From an uncultured virus (IMG/VR IMGVR_UViG_3300032282_003852) (Duplodnaviria; Heunggongvirae; Uroviricota; Caudoviricetes): DNA of 64,000 nt. Location of the stretch: IMG/VR virus record IMGVR_UViG_3300032282_003852, one strand, 5' to 3'. Below, one piece after another: positions 18,250 to 29,225 of this stretch (positions are counted from its first letter, which is position 1; each line of letters opens with the position of its first letter). Position numbers and translations under genes: made by a program. The notes under the pieces are model-generated. The model was not told where the DNA came from, ran no database searches, and saw only the letters and a list, made by a program, of their open reading frames with translations.

Positions 18250-21200
18250 TTAACAAGCGCAAGAGTGGCCAAACCACCCCTCTGGGTCATAAGCTGGGCT
18301 AGCCACTGAGACCCAGGCAGCTCCATCCCAGTTATAGTATTTGTTAACGGAGCTATTGAAATACAAGTCTCCCGCCTGTAAGGGATCTCCGTTAGATCGG
18401 GTGGATGGTGGCGTTGCTGATACTTGTATGTCAATAGGTAGAGGTGGGTTAGATTCCACCCATTGCTTCGTAACCCCGTCGTCATAAAGAACGAACAAGG
18501 TCTCGGATGTAGAGTTCCAGTATAACGTGCCAGCGTCGTAAGTAGTAGCCGGAGGGGTAGAATCTATGATTACTTCGGCGTTATTATTGGGAGACGCCTC
18601 GACCCAACTCTTTGTAACTCCATCATCATAAAGGACAAACAAGGTCTCGGATACTGAGTTCCAGTACAGAGTACCGGCATTGAGAGTCGTTGCGGGGGGT
18701 GTTGAGCTAATGATGACTTGGGAGATTCCTCCACCACCTCCACCACTGCCAGAGGGGACAGCCTGAACCCACTGGGTGGAGTTGCCATCGTCATACAGAA
18801 TGAACAGAACGCCTAAGGAGTTATCCCAATACAGAGATCCTTCCTTAGCTCCTGTGGCAGTAGAGTTGGTCGGCGGGGGTGCTGAACCTACCGGTACGGA
18901 AAGTTTGGAGAACGGACCAAAGTTATCAATGCCTAGACCAGACTGAAGCAGGTTCTCGTAGAATTCTGGTGAAAATGTTGGGGAACCTGACATGCTAACA
19001 TTGACCGTCAGGTTGTTTACGGTTAAGCTGTCAAAAGAGTTTGGGAAAGCCCCTTGGTCTTGGCTGCCAATGTCAGCAACACCTGTGGTTGTGTTCGTAG
19101 TGAGGTCGGTAATACCGGCCGGTGTGATAAGGTACCCCTCCTGGTTGTATCCGGTCGCATACACCTTACCGCCCATGCTGTTGGTAAAGTAGTAGTTGAA
19201 CTGGTTTTGTGGGGATAGGTCACCTTGGTAAGGGGGAAGGGCCTTGGTATAGTTGAGGAAACCAGCCCATTCCCAGGAGTGTGAAAACAGGCGGATCAGG
19301 GAGGGTCTTCTGAACTCAACCGCCCAGTTATCCAGACCGGACGCCACCCCACCAGAACCAGGAGTATAATCCTTCATATCGCTAGGATCTGCCGGATTCA
19401 GCTTACGAAGTTGATTCGTGGTAGGAAGCAGAATGTTAAATGTCTCCTCTTCGGTGAAGCCAATAGCGATTAGGAATTGATAGACCCCCCGATAGTCTGT
19501 AGCAGATGTGTACTGTAGACCGATTGGGGATGCTGGGTCTGACCAAACTGTCGTCAGATTGTAACCGCAGTTCGTCGTAACGTCATCGCCGTCCGTGTCA
19601 TCGTCAAAGATAATGATTGGGGCGGTGTTTCCAGGGAAGTCGTAAGCATTGTAATCTGACGCCATTTGAACGTAGGACTCACTCCAATGGGATGGGTCAA
19701 ACACAGCATCTGTATTTTGCAAAATGCACGTATAGTGCTTGTTATCCTTCCTAACAGTATCCCCCTTCCTGTAGTAGTCGCCGCTAACCCACTCACTATC
19801 AGGGTTCCCCCTTTCTAGCACGATATTGACTCTTTTCAGCAGGGGAAAGTTCCCAGGCGGAATAGAGGATGATGCGTTTGTAAGGAGAAGGGAGCTGTCA
19901 GGAATGGTCTCGGTGATTGAACCGCTACCGGGAGTTGTCTGAAAAACATAATCCCTGAGTGGTGCTCTAAGGGTCAGGTTATCAGTGGAAAGGTCTAAGC
20001 TATACTTCCTTCTACTCTCAGGTCTAACATCGACCAGCCTTCTGATGTATACTTGTCTTCCACCTAAGTCGGGATAAACAACCCCTGTAGGAGAGGTTCC
20101 CCCAGGGGATGTATTGTCAGGTGGTTGAGTGACCATCTCTGCTTGAACAGATATCTGATTAGGGATGGCGGGATCCCATGCGAAAGATGTAAGCTGCGCT
20201 CTGAAGTCGTACCCGTAAGGGTTCTCAACCCATAAATAGCTATCTGGGGTAAATGTGTACCCAAACCGGGCCAATTTTTCGGGAATCCCTGGGGTAAGCT
20301 CCGAATCAACTAGAGGAACCTCCAAAACAATTTCAGTCGCAGTATTGGACAAGGTTGGGATTGTTCTTCCCAGGTAAATCCTGTTGACATTGTTAATGTC
20401 TTCTGTCAAGTCCGTAGCAACATTGATATAAGAAACATCCCAGCCAGTGTCCTTTTTAAAAGCTACAGACTTGTAACCCTCTGCGATTGCAGCGCAACCG
20501 CCGAAGGTACTGTTTGAGTTTGTAATCGAAATCTCACCACCCGAGTGTGTCCAGTGATGGACACCTTGGCCGATGGCGAATACCGACACCTCTTGGATAA
20601 AGGCATTGTTGACAGCCCTGATATGGAAGTTTCTCCTGGAGGGTCTCATCCTAACGTCATTAGGACTTATGGCAATGTAGCTGTTGTAGTTAGTGATGAC
20701 CTTCCACTCGTCGTCATCATGGTCATAAAACTCCCAGCAGGATGGGTCTTTTTGTAGGGAAACGCCCGTGAACTGGGCAATGACCATCGACCTGAATCCA
20801 GTTACCTGGTTCCCGTCAGCGTTCACACCGCACAGACCGTAATCAGAGCGGATTGAGCAGTTGAAAATGTAGGGTGAGGAACCAATAACACCGTCTGTGC
20901 TTTGGGTTGGGTTGATTGGAGGTTGAGGGGCGACGATTTCCGTCTCACCTGGGTTTGCCACATAGATGGGGTTGACCTCTTGGAAAATCGTCCTTATCTT
21001 ATCGTAGTAGTCCTCTAGCTCTAGTTCAGAGACAAATGAAAAGCAATCAAGCAGGTGGTGGGAGTTGGTAGAACCTAGCTTGTCCTTAAATGTGAACCCG
21101 AAGAAGAAGGAGCCACCAGTAACCCTGAAGATTGAAGCCCTGTCGGTCTCGATGTTGCCAGTCTTTTCGGGAACGTAGCTGGGGCGAATGATTGTCTTCC

Positions 21201-22083
21201 TGTAGTCCTCGCCAACAACTGACACGCCCCTGGGGAGAATCACGCCAGCGTAAGTGCTGGAGTTCATATCTGAGAGCTGAGTGTTCGTGGGGACTGTCTC
21301 ATCCTCCCAAATGGTTACTGACAATGACCCAAAGTCATTGTAAACAATGTGCTCACCAGCAGAGCAATGGATTACGATTCTATCGTAAAACAATGGGCTA
21401 AACCCGGAACCATTCTGAATCCTTGCAGCTTCGATAGCTGCTCTTTGGATGGTTCTGAAGGGTTTCTGAGGAGTGTAACCGTATTTAGCCTGCTGAGCAG
21501 GGACTGGATCTTCTCCGGGCTCTACATACTCACCAGAGATGTAATAATCACTCCCTATCTCAGGGTTGACGAACAGATGATGATTCCCTGTTAGAAGTGC
21601 TATGGTTAGGGAGTCTGGGCCGTAGGAAGTAGGCTCCCAAGTCCCATTATATACATATAGCCTCTTATACTCGCTGTTCCAGTATAGGGAGCCACGAACC
21701 GCCCCTAAAGCATTAGTTCCAGCCGCAGGGATTTGGCTATTGTTATCAGCGACAGGGATGCCAACTTTTAGGTTAGGGGTCGTGTAGTTCAACCCCAGAC
21801 CGTATACCGGCACCGGGTCCCATTCCAGGTTGATTTGGCCCCCTGAGGCATTTGCTACCAGGAAGCTGTTGGTAGGCGGGGCAGCGTTAGGCCATACATA
21901 CGAGTTGTAGGCACTGTTGTTATTAGTTTTGACTACCCCGATTGCGGAAGAAGCCTCAAAGCTAATCGTACCATCGGTACCTATGTATACCCCGGCTCCC
22001 TTCTTAACACCTTGGACCTGATTGGGCAAAAGCGGTCCCTGACCGCTGTCACCCATCAGTAGTTGAGATCTGGTTAGAGACAC
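18250..22083 (-). CDS. giant tail fibre/structural protein
   Basis: PFRTIQRAAIEAA and SPYIFNCSIRS..GFRSMVIAQFTGVSLQKD motifs of cyanophage-type fibres; C-terminal LYWNS..LFVLYDDG..WVE repeats. Confidence 0.75.
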   Translation of the reverse strand: MSLTRSQLLMGDSGQGPLLPNQVQGVKKGAGVYIGTDGTISFEASSAIGVVKTNNNSAYNSYVWPNAAPPTNSFLVANASGGQINLEWDPVPVYGLGLNYTTPNLKVGIPVADNNSQIPAAGTNALGAVRGSLYWNSEYKRLYVYNGTWEPTSYGPDSLTIALLTGNHHLFVNPEIGSDYYISGEYVEPGEDPVPAQQAKYGYTPQKPFRTIQRAAIEAARIQNGSGFSPLFYDRIVIHCSAGEHIVYNDFGSLSVTIWEDETVPTNTQLSDMNSSTYAGVILPRGVSVVGEDYRKTIIRPSYVPEKTGNIETDRASIFRVTGGSFFFGFTFKDKLGSTNSHHLLDCFSFVSELELEDYYDKIRTIFQEVNPIYVANPGETEIVAPQPPINPTQSTDGVIGSSPYIFNCSIRSDYGLCGVNADGNQVTGFRSMVIAQFTGVSLQKDPSCWEFYDHDDDEWKVITNYNSYIAISPNDVRMRPSRRNFHIRAVNNAFIQEVSVFAIGQGVHHWTHSGGEISITNSNSTFGGCAAIAEGYKSVAFKKDTGWDVSYINVATDLTEDINNVNRIYLGRTIPTLSNTATEIVLEVPLVDSELTPGIPEKLARFGYTFTPDSYLWVENPYGYDFRAQLTSFAWDPAIPNQISVQAEMVTQPPDNTSPGGTSPTGVVYPDLGGRQVYIRRLVDVRPESRRKYSLDLSTDNLTLRAPLRDYVFQTTPGSGSITETIPDSSLLLTNASSSIPPGNFPLLKRVNIVLERGNPDSEWVSGDYYRKGDTVRKDNKHYTCILQNTDAVFDPSHWSESYVQMASDYNAYDFPGNTAPIIIFDDDTDGDDVTTNCGYNLTTVWSDPASPIGLQYTSATDYRGVYQFLIAIGFTEEETFNILLPTTNQLRKLNPADPSDMKDYTPGSGGVASGLDNWAVEFRRPSLIRLFSHSWEWAGFLNYTKALPPYQGDLSPQNQFNYYFTNSMGGKVYATGYNQEGYLITPAGITDLTTNTTTGVADIGSQDQGAFPNSFDSLTVNNLTVNVSMSGSPTFSPEFYENLLQSGLGIDNFGPFSKLSVPVGSAPPPTNSTATGAKEGSLYWDNSLGVLFILYDDGNSTQWVQAVPSGSGGGGGGISQVIISSTPPATTLNAGTLYWNSVSETLFVLYDDGVTKSWVEASPNNNAEVIIDSTPPATTYDAGTLYWNSTSETLFVLYDDGVTKQWVESNPPLPIDIQVSATPPSTRSNGDPLQAGDLYFNSSVNKYYNWDGAAWVSVASPAYDPEGWFGHSCAC

Positions 22084-22124
22084 GTTGCCTTCACTTAGAA
22101 TTACTACATTCTTTTACCCTAACC

Positions 22125-25100
22125 TCATGATGAAGGGTGCTGAGCAACTGTTACCACGGTAGCCGAGATGTTTGGAGCTGTCGTATCAATAGTCACTTCG
22201 TATGAGTTTGGAGCTACAGACATGTTACCAGCCGAATCTGATACACGGGCAGCATAGACTACAACCTGGTTATTTGAGAATGCTCTATTGTCGGTAAACG
22301 TCCAAGTTATGCCATTAACCGTAGCATTCCCCAGGTAGGAGTTTCCGTCATAGATGCGAACTGTATCAGATGGGGCAATTAGGGCCGAAAGAGTTCCGGT
22401 TATCGTTAAAGAGCTGGACCCGGTACTTCCACCACTTGAAACCACGTTAGTCACCCCTATTGTAGCGATAAGTGCCTCAACTTCTTGGGCCAAAGCATCT
22501 ACGCTCACAGTCAGATCACTAACATCCTTAGCCATTTCGTTAGCATTATCAGCCAGTGAAATAACTAGACCCGGACCCCACTCCAGGAAGTTGCCAGCGT
22601 ACTTACCTTGAATCGGGCAGTTAATAAACTCGGCATTGGTAATCACCCTGAGGTTGATTGTGGTACCAGGTTTAGGGGCATCTACAGCATCGGAGAAAAT
22701 GATTTGGCTGTTTTCTACAGTGTAGGACTTACCTACACCCGGTACCTGGACGGCACCACCCAAACTCACAATTAGGTTTTCCTCTGTTACGGATGTCGCA
22801 CTCACGGTCTTACCTTGATAGGTAAGGTCGAAGATAACCCTTGCCCCATCGAATAGGCCTGAGATGGAGTCCAAGGAATAGACAGCAACTGGATAGACAG
22901 AGCGGGATGCCCAGTAAGAAGCGGTGCAGACTGATCGTATATCAATGGTTGTGTTGACCGGGGGAGCCCCGTTAAAGGTTATGGTCAGTTTACCATTACT
23001 ATTCTTCTCTAGGGAGTAAGCCCAAGGGACTTGTCCGGTGCCATAACATTGAGCTAGAGGGATCTGCTCAACTCCACCCAGGATAATGAAGGTATTGTTA
23101 GAGTTTATGTCAAGGTTAGTTATGTCAATAGAGGGTGAGTAAGCAGTGAAGATGGTATTAGTGCCATCGAACTCTTCTTCCAGGTCGAATGGAACAGATA
23201 TCAGAGTCTTCTCTGAATCTACACTTGTAAATACCCTTATGTTACAAAGTGTTCCTGCCAAAGGTGCGGAACCCTGCCCAAGGAAAGTAATCTGGTTCCC
23301 GTCTATTCTGTAATCAACATTAGGCTTCTGGACAACCGCCCCCAGAATCACAAACATAGACTCTGCTTTTAGCTGAGTGGGGGGAATAGCCAACCCTGCC
23401 CTTGTGAGGTTGAACGTGATGTTGCTCCCGTTAAAGCCCCCAGAAATGTCATCCACTGAGTAGACAACAACCTGTGAGGGGAACTCAACATACGGTTGCT
23501 CCTCATAGATTTGCTTGTTAGTTAGGTTGAGGGTTGGGGCAGTCGCCTCATAGTAGTTGGCAGTGAGTGCTTGTCTTTGGGGGCCAAACTGAATGATCTC
23601 CCCTTTGTCGTTAATGCCAGTTACGGTCACCCGGCCACTCCACAGTGTGTAGGCTTGGAAGTCGGCCGATAACTTTTTGGTTATATCTGTGGTCTGGTAC
23701 TTTAGTAGGCCTCTACTGTAGTTAATATAACCAGTGTATGCCCATGTGTGAGTATTGGCGATGATTGTGGAGGGTTGGTTGAACTCAAGGGGCCACTTAT
23801 CGGTGACTATGGCGTATCCGTTAGACGGTAGTATGTCATTCAAGGAGGACATTTGTAGCAATCTCTCTCCCCAAAACTTTGGTTCCAAGAACTGATACAC
23901 TACCGAGTTGGGGTAACCCATAACCTCAAAGAACCTTAGGATAGCGGCCTTAGTGCTTAGCCACGCAGGGTCGTAAACTTCTGATTCAGGGGTTGGGTTA
24001 ATGGAGCACACTGTTACTTTGGTTAAAGTATCCCATTCGTAGTTAGTGCCTTTATCAGGAGGCAAAACTGAAGAGTAAAAACTATTCTCAAAAGTTAGGC
24101 GAATGCCCCGGATAACGGTGCCGTTTAAGCTGATAACCCTGATGTATTCTGAATAACTCCCGGAGCTGAGTTGAACAACTGAAACCTTTTGCTTAGGGTT
24201 GGGGATGTCTATGGACGACAGCACTGAGAACTCAATTATGGCAGGTCGATACCTCTTGGCACTGGCAGTAGACGTAGCCAGAGAAGCTTGCTGCTCTGTT
24301 TGTATGATCTCGGTCTTTGTTACCGTGTAGGTGGATGTGCCATCAGCTACGTCAGTTAAACAGAGACCCAGACTTTCGGAACTGTCGTCACCATCGTAGT
24401 AGTCGGCGGGAGAATAGGCCGGGTAGGGAATTGTAGCACCTCTAAGGTAGGTGCTTCCATTACTGTACTTGTCTAGGCTGGGGTCGGGAGCGTAACTTCC
24501 TTGGAAAGCATCGGAAACCATGTCTTGCCTCTCCAGGGAACTCGTGTCCACGTAAGGGGAATAAGACTGGAAGGGGGCTATAGAATAAGGCCCGTAGTCA
24601 GAGCTAAATGAGTTATCTTGACCGAAATACACGTAGTCCCACATGTTATTCTCTGCGGCATACCAGTTCCTGTTTTTGTGAGTGACATAGGTTCCTGATG
24701 ATCTCTTAGCCTCTCCCCCTTGATACCAGGGCCCACTAACGTCAGTGGCAGTGATTGCTACATAGTAGTTCAGAGATTGATTGGTATCAGCAACAACATA
24801 GTTGAACTGAGGTGACGACCCTAGGCCCCCAGTTTCAACTGCATCAACAGTGAAGACTCGGCCCCATCCCCCAAGGATGCCAGGGTCAAACTGGACATTG
24901 GGCCTCAGTGAGTTTGCCCCCAACTGTTGACTAGTTTGGTTGAGTCTCAAAACATACCCTACCTGTGGTGCTATAGCTGTAGGAGACGTGTTTTTTAGGT
25001 ACAGGCTATAAGCCCTCTCAAACTCCTGCCTAGGGTCACTGAATCGGCGGATGTACGGAATTCCCAAGACAGGGAGCAGAGTTGAGTCATTTGGTATTGT

Positions 25101-27344
25101 GCTATCTGATGCCCTCAACCTTAGCTTGGCGAAGTTCAGCGGGTCATCCAACCCCGTAATAACAGTTGGCCCACCGTCCACAACGAAGAACCCTCTATAG
25201 GTGCATTCCTCCGTATCCACCCACAGGGCTGTCCCAGGTTTTAAAGAGTATGGGAGGAGGTAACTAGGTGAGAAGTCGGCATTTAACTCTATGATCTGGA
25301 CAAACGGGTCAGCCGGATCAATGTAGATGTTCTTTATCTTGGCACCTAAAGACAGGATCTTTTTATTCTCTATACTTTCAGCCTGAGACTTGGACAAGGA
25401 TAGGGGTCTTTGAACCCCCTCCAGGACGAACCCAGTAGCGTTAGCACCGGCTCCCCCAATTGTGTTAATCCCTAAGAATCCCTCAGACTTAAATGAAATT
25501 GACCCGAAGTTACTGGTGCTATTTGTTAGGTTACAAACTCCCCCATTTAAGGCCCATACACCGATAGCAGGTCCAATGGTGTAGATGGATTGAAGCTGAG
25601 CATAGGCGCCGTTCCTTACCCTGAACCCAAAGTGCCTAAAGTCGTTTTCCGTGTTGACTATACCAATGTTCTTATTGGTGGTAGCTTCAACTAGATTCTG
25701 ATAGTGGTACCTAATGTTGTTAATAGGGGTTGAGTTTAAGAGGTCTAGTTGGTCGGAAGTGGAGACATTAGTTATTAACTCAGGTCTATTGGCAGTAGGG
25801 ATGGAGAGGTACTGGGCCTCAGTCAAGTTCCACCACTTTTGTTCAGATACCCCATCCTGATTGACTAGGGTTGTATAAATCTCGTAGACACAGGGGTCAT
25901 TTTGCAGGGAAACCGCTGTACAAGCATTTACCGTTACAGACTTAAAACCGTCTACAATTGAGCCGTCAAAGTCACCCCAGCACATTCCATACGCAGACCT
26001 TAGGTTTACCTGGTTTGCGTAGAGGGATGAGTTTTTAACCGTATTAGCTCCCTTGTTATTAGGGTATACCTGAGAAGTTGGCCCCACGATGACAAAATCC
26101 CCGGTGTTGACAAGGGTTGCCCCATCAGTAACCCTACCTCCGAAGAATCCGGGGAAAGCTCTTTGAATCTTAGTGTAGTAATCAGAAATCTCAGAGAAAC
26201 TAGCATTATTGGCCAGTCTTAGCCGGTGAGCTGACTTAAGAGTGTGAGTTACTGTTAGTTTGGGTCCGGTTATACCGGCCAACGATGGAATAGAGCTGTA
26301 TAGAACATAGCTTGCGCTGTTCGGTAGTAACTGAGATCCAGTCGAGATATAAAAGGTGAATGGAGTTATTGGAAGGGTGTAGTAACCCCCGGACTTGAAG
26401 GTACCAGTTGATTGATCCACTCTCGGGTTGAACTCGATGTTTACCAAGTCGTTAAAGTTTAGCCCGTGTGGCCTCTTTGTCCTGAACAAGGCATAGGTAT
26501 TCTGTTGAGTTACCTCTACTACCTCACTATAAGAGATTTTATCGACTACAGAGAAGTTGGTGAGATATACGTTACCGGAGCACTTTAATACTGAAGAAAT
26601 TGGCTGATCTACCCCCTGTAAACCTGTAGGAAATACTTGATTTCTGTAGGTTGGGACGTAAGTCGGGGAGATGGTAGATTTCTTAAGGTCCATCCCCTGC
26701 ACACTAATTCCAGAAGGAACAATTACCCCGCCAGAGGGTGGGTTGAACTGAGTCAGTTCAGGGACAGTCATTTCCCTGCTAGGGTTGGTTGATAGGTCTA
26801 CATTAAACTCTTCCAGAGTAGTTCCTATACCATTGTCGATTGTGGCTAATGACGGGGAGAGGAACACCGTGTACCTGTTACTCTCCTCTTGCTCAGAAAA
26901 ACCAGCCAGCACGTTTCCTAAGTATATCTTGGAAAGTTCTATAATTGCTCTAGTGAACGTCTTATAAGGCAGGGACTGCCCATTGTTTTCAATGCTGTCC
27001 GTTGAGAAGCTAAACTCGGGAGCTACAAAGACGCAAGACCCCCCACCCCCTAGAAAAGGGGCTGCAATGCTTCTCCAAACCTGTTCAGCATCCTCCAAGG
27101 TACCGATGTTGAAGGTACCGTTTTGAAGGTTAAGCCAGGTTTCCCCTAACCCAGGAGTCTCTGTCGGAGAGGTAGCAGAAACAGCAGTAGGGCCAATCTT
27201 GATAACCCTCCCATTTGTAGCCTCGAAGAATGCCCCAGGATCACTGGCATTGGTATTTAAGGCTATCTCACCGGGCTGAATGTTCTCATTCGTGGGCCTT
27301 TTCCCCAGAACGCTGGAGTGTTTCAGGATTACTTTATAAGCCAT
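22125..27344 (-). CDS. giant tail fibre/structural protein (paralogue of 18250..22083)
   Basis: KRPT..PGEIALN N-terminus; shared SHxLxx, SLQxDP, TNSxSxFG and HxWxxxGxxNY motifs; three FDG..F..LGGxxQxP repeats; C-terminal Ig-like domain. Confidence 0.75.
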   Translation of the reverse strand: MAYKVILKHSSVLGKRPTNENIQPGEIALNTNASDPGAFFEATNGRVIKIGPTAVSATSPTETPGLGETWLNLQNGTFNIGTLEDAEQVWRSIAAPFLGGGGSCVFVAPEFSFSTDSIENNGQSLPYKTFTRAIIELSKIYLGNVLAGFSEQEESNRYTVFLSPSLATIDNGIGTTLEEFNVDLSTNPSREMTVPELTQFNPPSGGVIVPSGISVQGMDLKKSTISPTYVPTYRNQVFPTGLQGVDQPISSVLKCSGNVYLTNFSVVDKISYSEVVEVTQQNTYALFRTKRPHGLNFNDLVNIEFNPRVDQSTGTFKSGGYYTLPITPFTFYISTGSQLLPNSASYVLYSSIPSLAGITGPKLTVTHTLKSAHRLRLANNASFSEISDYYTKIQRAFPGFFGGRVTDGATLVNTGDFVIVGPTSQVYPNNKGANTVKNSSLYANQVNLRSAYGMCWGDFDGSIVDGFKSVTVNACTAVSLQNDPCVYEIYTTLVNQDGVSEQKWWNLTEAQYLSIPTANRPELITNVSTSDQLDLLNSTPINNIRYHYQNLVEATTNKNIGIVNTENDFRHFGFRVRNGAYAQLQSIYTIGPAIGVWALNGGVCNLTNSTSNFGSISFKSEGFLGINTIGGAGANATGFVLEGVQRPLSLSKSQAESIENKKILSLGAKIKNIYIDPADPFVQIIELNADFSPSYLLPYSLKPGTALWVDTEECTYRGFFVVDGGPTVITGLDDPLNFAKLRLRASDSTIPNDSTLLPVLGIPYIRRFSDPRQEFERAYSLYLKNTSPTAIAPQVGYVLRLNQTSQQLGANSLRPNVQFDPGILGGWGRVFTVDAVETGGLGSSPQFNYVVADTNQSLNYYVAITATDVSGPWYQGGEAKRSSGTYVTHKNRNWYAAENNMWDYVYFGQDNSFSSDYGPYSIAPFQSYSPYVDTSSLERQDMVSDAFQGSYAPDPSLDKYSNGSTYLRGATIPYPAYSPADYYDGDDSSESLGLCLTDVADGTSTYTVTKTEIIQTEQQASLATSTASAKRYRPAIIEFSVLSSIDIPNPKQKVSVVQLSSGSYSEYIRVISLNGTVIRGIRLTFENSFYSSVLPPDKGTNYEWDTLTKVTVCSINPTPESEVYDPAWLSTKAAILRFFEVMGYPNSVVYQFLEPKFWGERLLQMSSLNDILPSNGYAIVTDKWPLEFNQPSTIIANTHTWAYTGYINYSRGLLKYQTTDITKKLSADFQAYTLWSGRVTVTGINDKGEIIQFGPQRQALTANYYEATAPTLNLTNKQIYEEQPYVEFPSQVVVYSVDDISGGFNGSNITFNLTRAGLAIPPTQLKAESMFVILGAVVQKPNVDYRIDGNQITFLGQGSAPLAGTLCNIRVFTSVDSEKTLISVPFDLEEEFDGTNTIFTAYSPSIDITNLDINSNNTFIILGGVEQIPLAQCYGTGQVPWAYSLEKNSNGKLTITFNGAPPVNTTIDIRSVCTASYWASRSVYPVAVYSLDSISGLFDGARVIFDLTYQGKTVSATSVTEENLIVSLGGAVQVPGVGKSYTVENSQIIFSDAVDAPKPGTTINLRVITNAEFINCPIQGKYAGNFLEWGPGLVISLADNANEMAKDVSDLTVSVDALAQEVEALIATIGVTNVVSSGGSTGSSSLTITGTLSALIAPSDTVRIYDGNSYLGNATVNGITWTFTDNRAFSNNQVVVYAARVSDSAGNMSVAPNSYEVTIDTTAPNISATVVTVAQHPSS

Positions 27345-27408
27345 TTTGCTAAAGAGCGGTTACTAAGGCGCAAAGGCGCTCCTAATCCTTACCCTTATTG
27401 CCTAACGG

Positions 27409-28716
27409 TTAGATACCCTCGTAGAGCAAATCAATCATTTTCTTGGCGTCACTATCGGAAATCTTGCTCCATGACCCCGCAGAATAGAAGCCTTCAGGAT
27501 TTCTGATGCCAGATGCCATTACCATAGCAGCCTGGTCGGGCGACATTCCCATTTTCTTAGTCAGGTAGTTCTCAACCTTGGGGAGATTATCACTGATTTT
27601 TCCCAAAGTTTCTGGCATTCTTTCCCTTAGACGAGAGAACCCTGCATTTGCGTTAAACTGCTGGCTCTGGGCCTGGAAGTCTCCCTTGATGTTCTTGTTT
27701 AATGTGGCTCCAGCCGGTAGTCTACCCCTGTGCATTACGCTGCCAATAGCCTCTGATAGGGCAGCTTTAGGGTTATCTTGGGCAAGACCCAAATCCACGA
27801 ACTTCCCCACCCCGTTACCACTGACAAAGAAGTTCCCCCCGTGGGCATCATTATGGGCTATGCCCGCCCGGTGCAAGTCGGCCCTTGCCTTCCAATACAA
27901 ATCAGCCACGGTCGAACCACCCACCCTATCACTGGCGGATGAATACTTCCCCAGGGGCATACCTTCAACCCTTGACATGGCTACCCTGCCAATGTACACA
28001 TCTGAACCCCCAAAGTTTCCCTTTTTCCTCCCTAACTCCCCATAGACAAGGGAAGGGCCCAGACCTAACTCCCCAACCTTCTTAATTATGCTGGCCTCAT
28101 TGACCCCTATCTCCCCCCTCTTCACGACGCCATCTTTGGTGAATAAGACGGTTCCGAAGGCCCCCTTACCCCCAAACGTACTACCCTTGATGGACCCTTC
28201 CCAGTCGAAGTCGTTTTGATTACCCTTGAATGACCGGGTAGCTACAAACGTATCATCGAAGGATTTAGCCTTTATTCTAGATCCTTTGGTTCTTACAGAG
28301 GGACCTTGTCCATTCGCTCCTGCTGTGCCCTGCAGAGCATCCTTTATGGCATTGTAATCAACCATAAGGGCCTTCTCTTGAGCCTTAGCCTTAGGACCCC
28401 CAATCTTCCTTTTAGCGGTGATCTCTTCCCAAAGTTCCTTTTTCCTCTCAAGAGCCATTGCCCGCAGGTCGTCAAAGTTTCTACCTACCTTGATCCGCTC
28501 TGACGGCCCTAAGTCCAGAGCCTTAATCAGTTTATCTATCTGTTGCTGGTTGCCCTGAGCTACCGGAGCTTTTCTGGATGCCCCGCTTTGCTGAATGTTT
28601 TCTCTAACTGAAATTAAGGCATTTCTTATCAGGGCACTCAACCCTTCATAGCAGTCGTCAGCCCTTTCGATACATGACGCACCACAACACTTGCCCCTTT
28701 GACACCTTTTCTTCAT
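27409..28716 (-). CDS. protein-kinase-like enzyme (copy 1) with N-terminal Cys4 tag
   Basis: GKGAFGTV loop, VVKRGEIG..NE, HNDAHGGN, DLG; N-terminal RCQRGKCCGASCIERADDC. Confidence 0.85.
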   Translation of the reverse strand: MKKRCQRGKCCGASCIERADDCYEGLSALIRNALISVRENIQQSGASRKAPVAQGNQQQIDKLIKALDLGPSERIKVGRNFDDLRAMALERKKELWEEITAKRKIGGPKAKAQEKALMVDYNAIKDALQGTAGANGQGPSVRTKGSRIKAKSFDDTFVATRSFKGNQNDFDWEGSIKGSTFGGKGAFGTVLFTKDGVVKRGEIGVNEASIIKKVGELGLGPSLVYGELGRKKGNFGGSDVYIGRVAMSRVEGMPLGKYSSASDRVGGSTVADLYWKARADLHRAGIAHNDAHGGNFFVSGNGVGKFVDLGLAQDNPKAALSEAIGSVMHRGRLPAGATLNKNIKGDFQAQSQQFNANAGFSRLRERMPETLGKISDNLPKVENYLTKKMGMSPDQAAMVMASGIRNPEGFYSAGSWSKISDSDAKKMIDLLYEGI

Positions 28717-29189
28717 TGCTCCTCTGAGTATGAAAGAAGCATTTGCTCAAGTTTAGCAATACGCTCCCCCACCTCATTTATCTTCTCAGAATATGAAGTC
28801 TCTTGACTAGCTGCTATGCGGCGGTCGTCTTCCTTCTTCCTAGCAAGGTCAATAACAGACATTTTTGCATCAATATCCTCCCTTTGCTTAACAAGATTCT
28901 TCACCTCTTTCATTTGATCCTGAAGAACCTGAAAGGCACCCCTTTGCCTCGATGCCTTCATCATTTCATTCAAGGTGTTTATCCTTTCCGTTAAGTCTTT
29001 TTGCTTCTTGCCAAGACTTTCGTACTCTGCGAAACTAGCCCTTAGGGATGAAACCTGCTCAGGTTCCATGACCGTGCCCTTAGCATAGTCAGTAGGGGTA
29101 TGGGTAAATCCCTCGATTTGCAGCCCCCTTTCGGCAAACATCTGGAGAGCCTTTTCGTAGGCTTCTGAGTCGATCGAATCCTTTCTCAT
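28713..29189 (-). CDS. coiled-coil hypothetical protein
   Basis: ORF track; heptad-rich; GGGTAAG motif upstream; coupled to kinase 1. Confidence 0.7.
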   Translation of the reverse strand: MRKDSIDSEAYEKALQMFAERGLQIEGFTHTPTDYAKGTVMEPEQVSSLRASFAEYESLGKKQKDLTERINTLNEMMKASRQRGAFQVLQDQMKEVKNLVKQREDIDAKMSVIDLARKKEDDRRIAASQETSYSEKINEVGERIAKLEQMLLSYSEEQ

Positions 29190-29225
29190 TTTACTTAGGC
29201 TATTTTACTAATCTTACCCTTTAGA

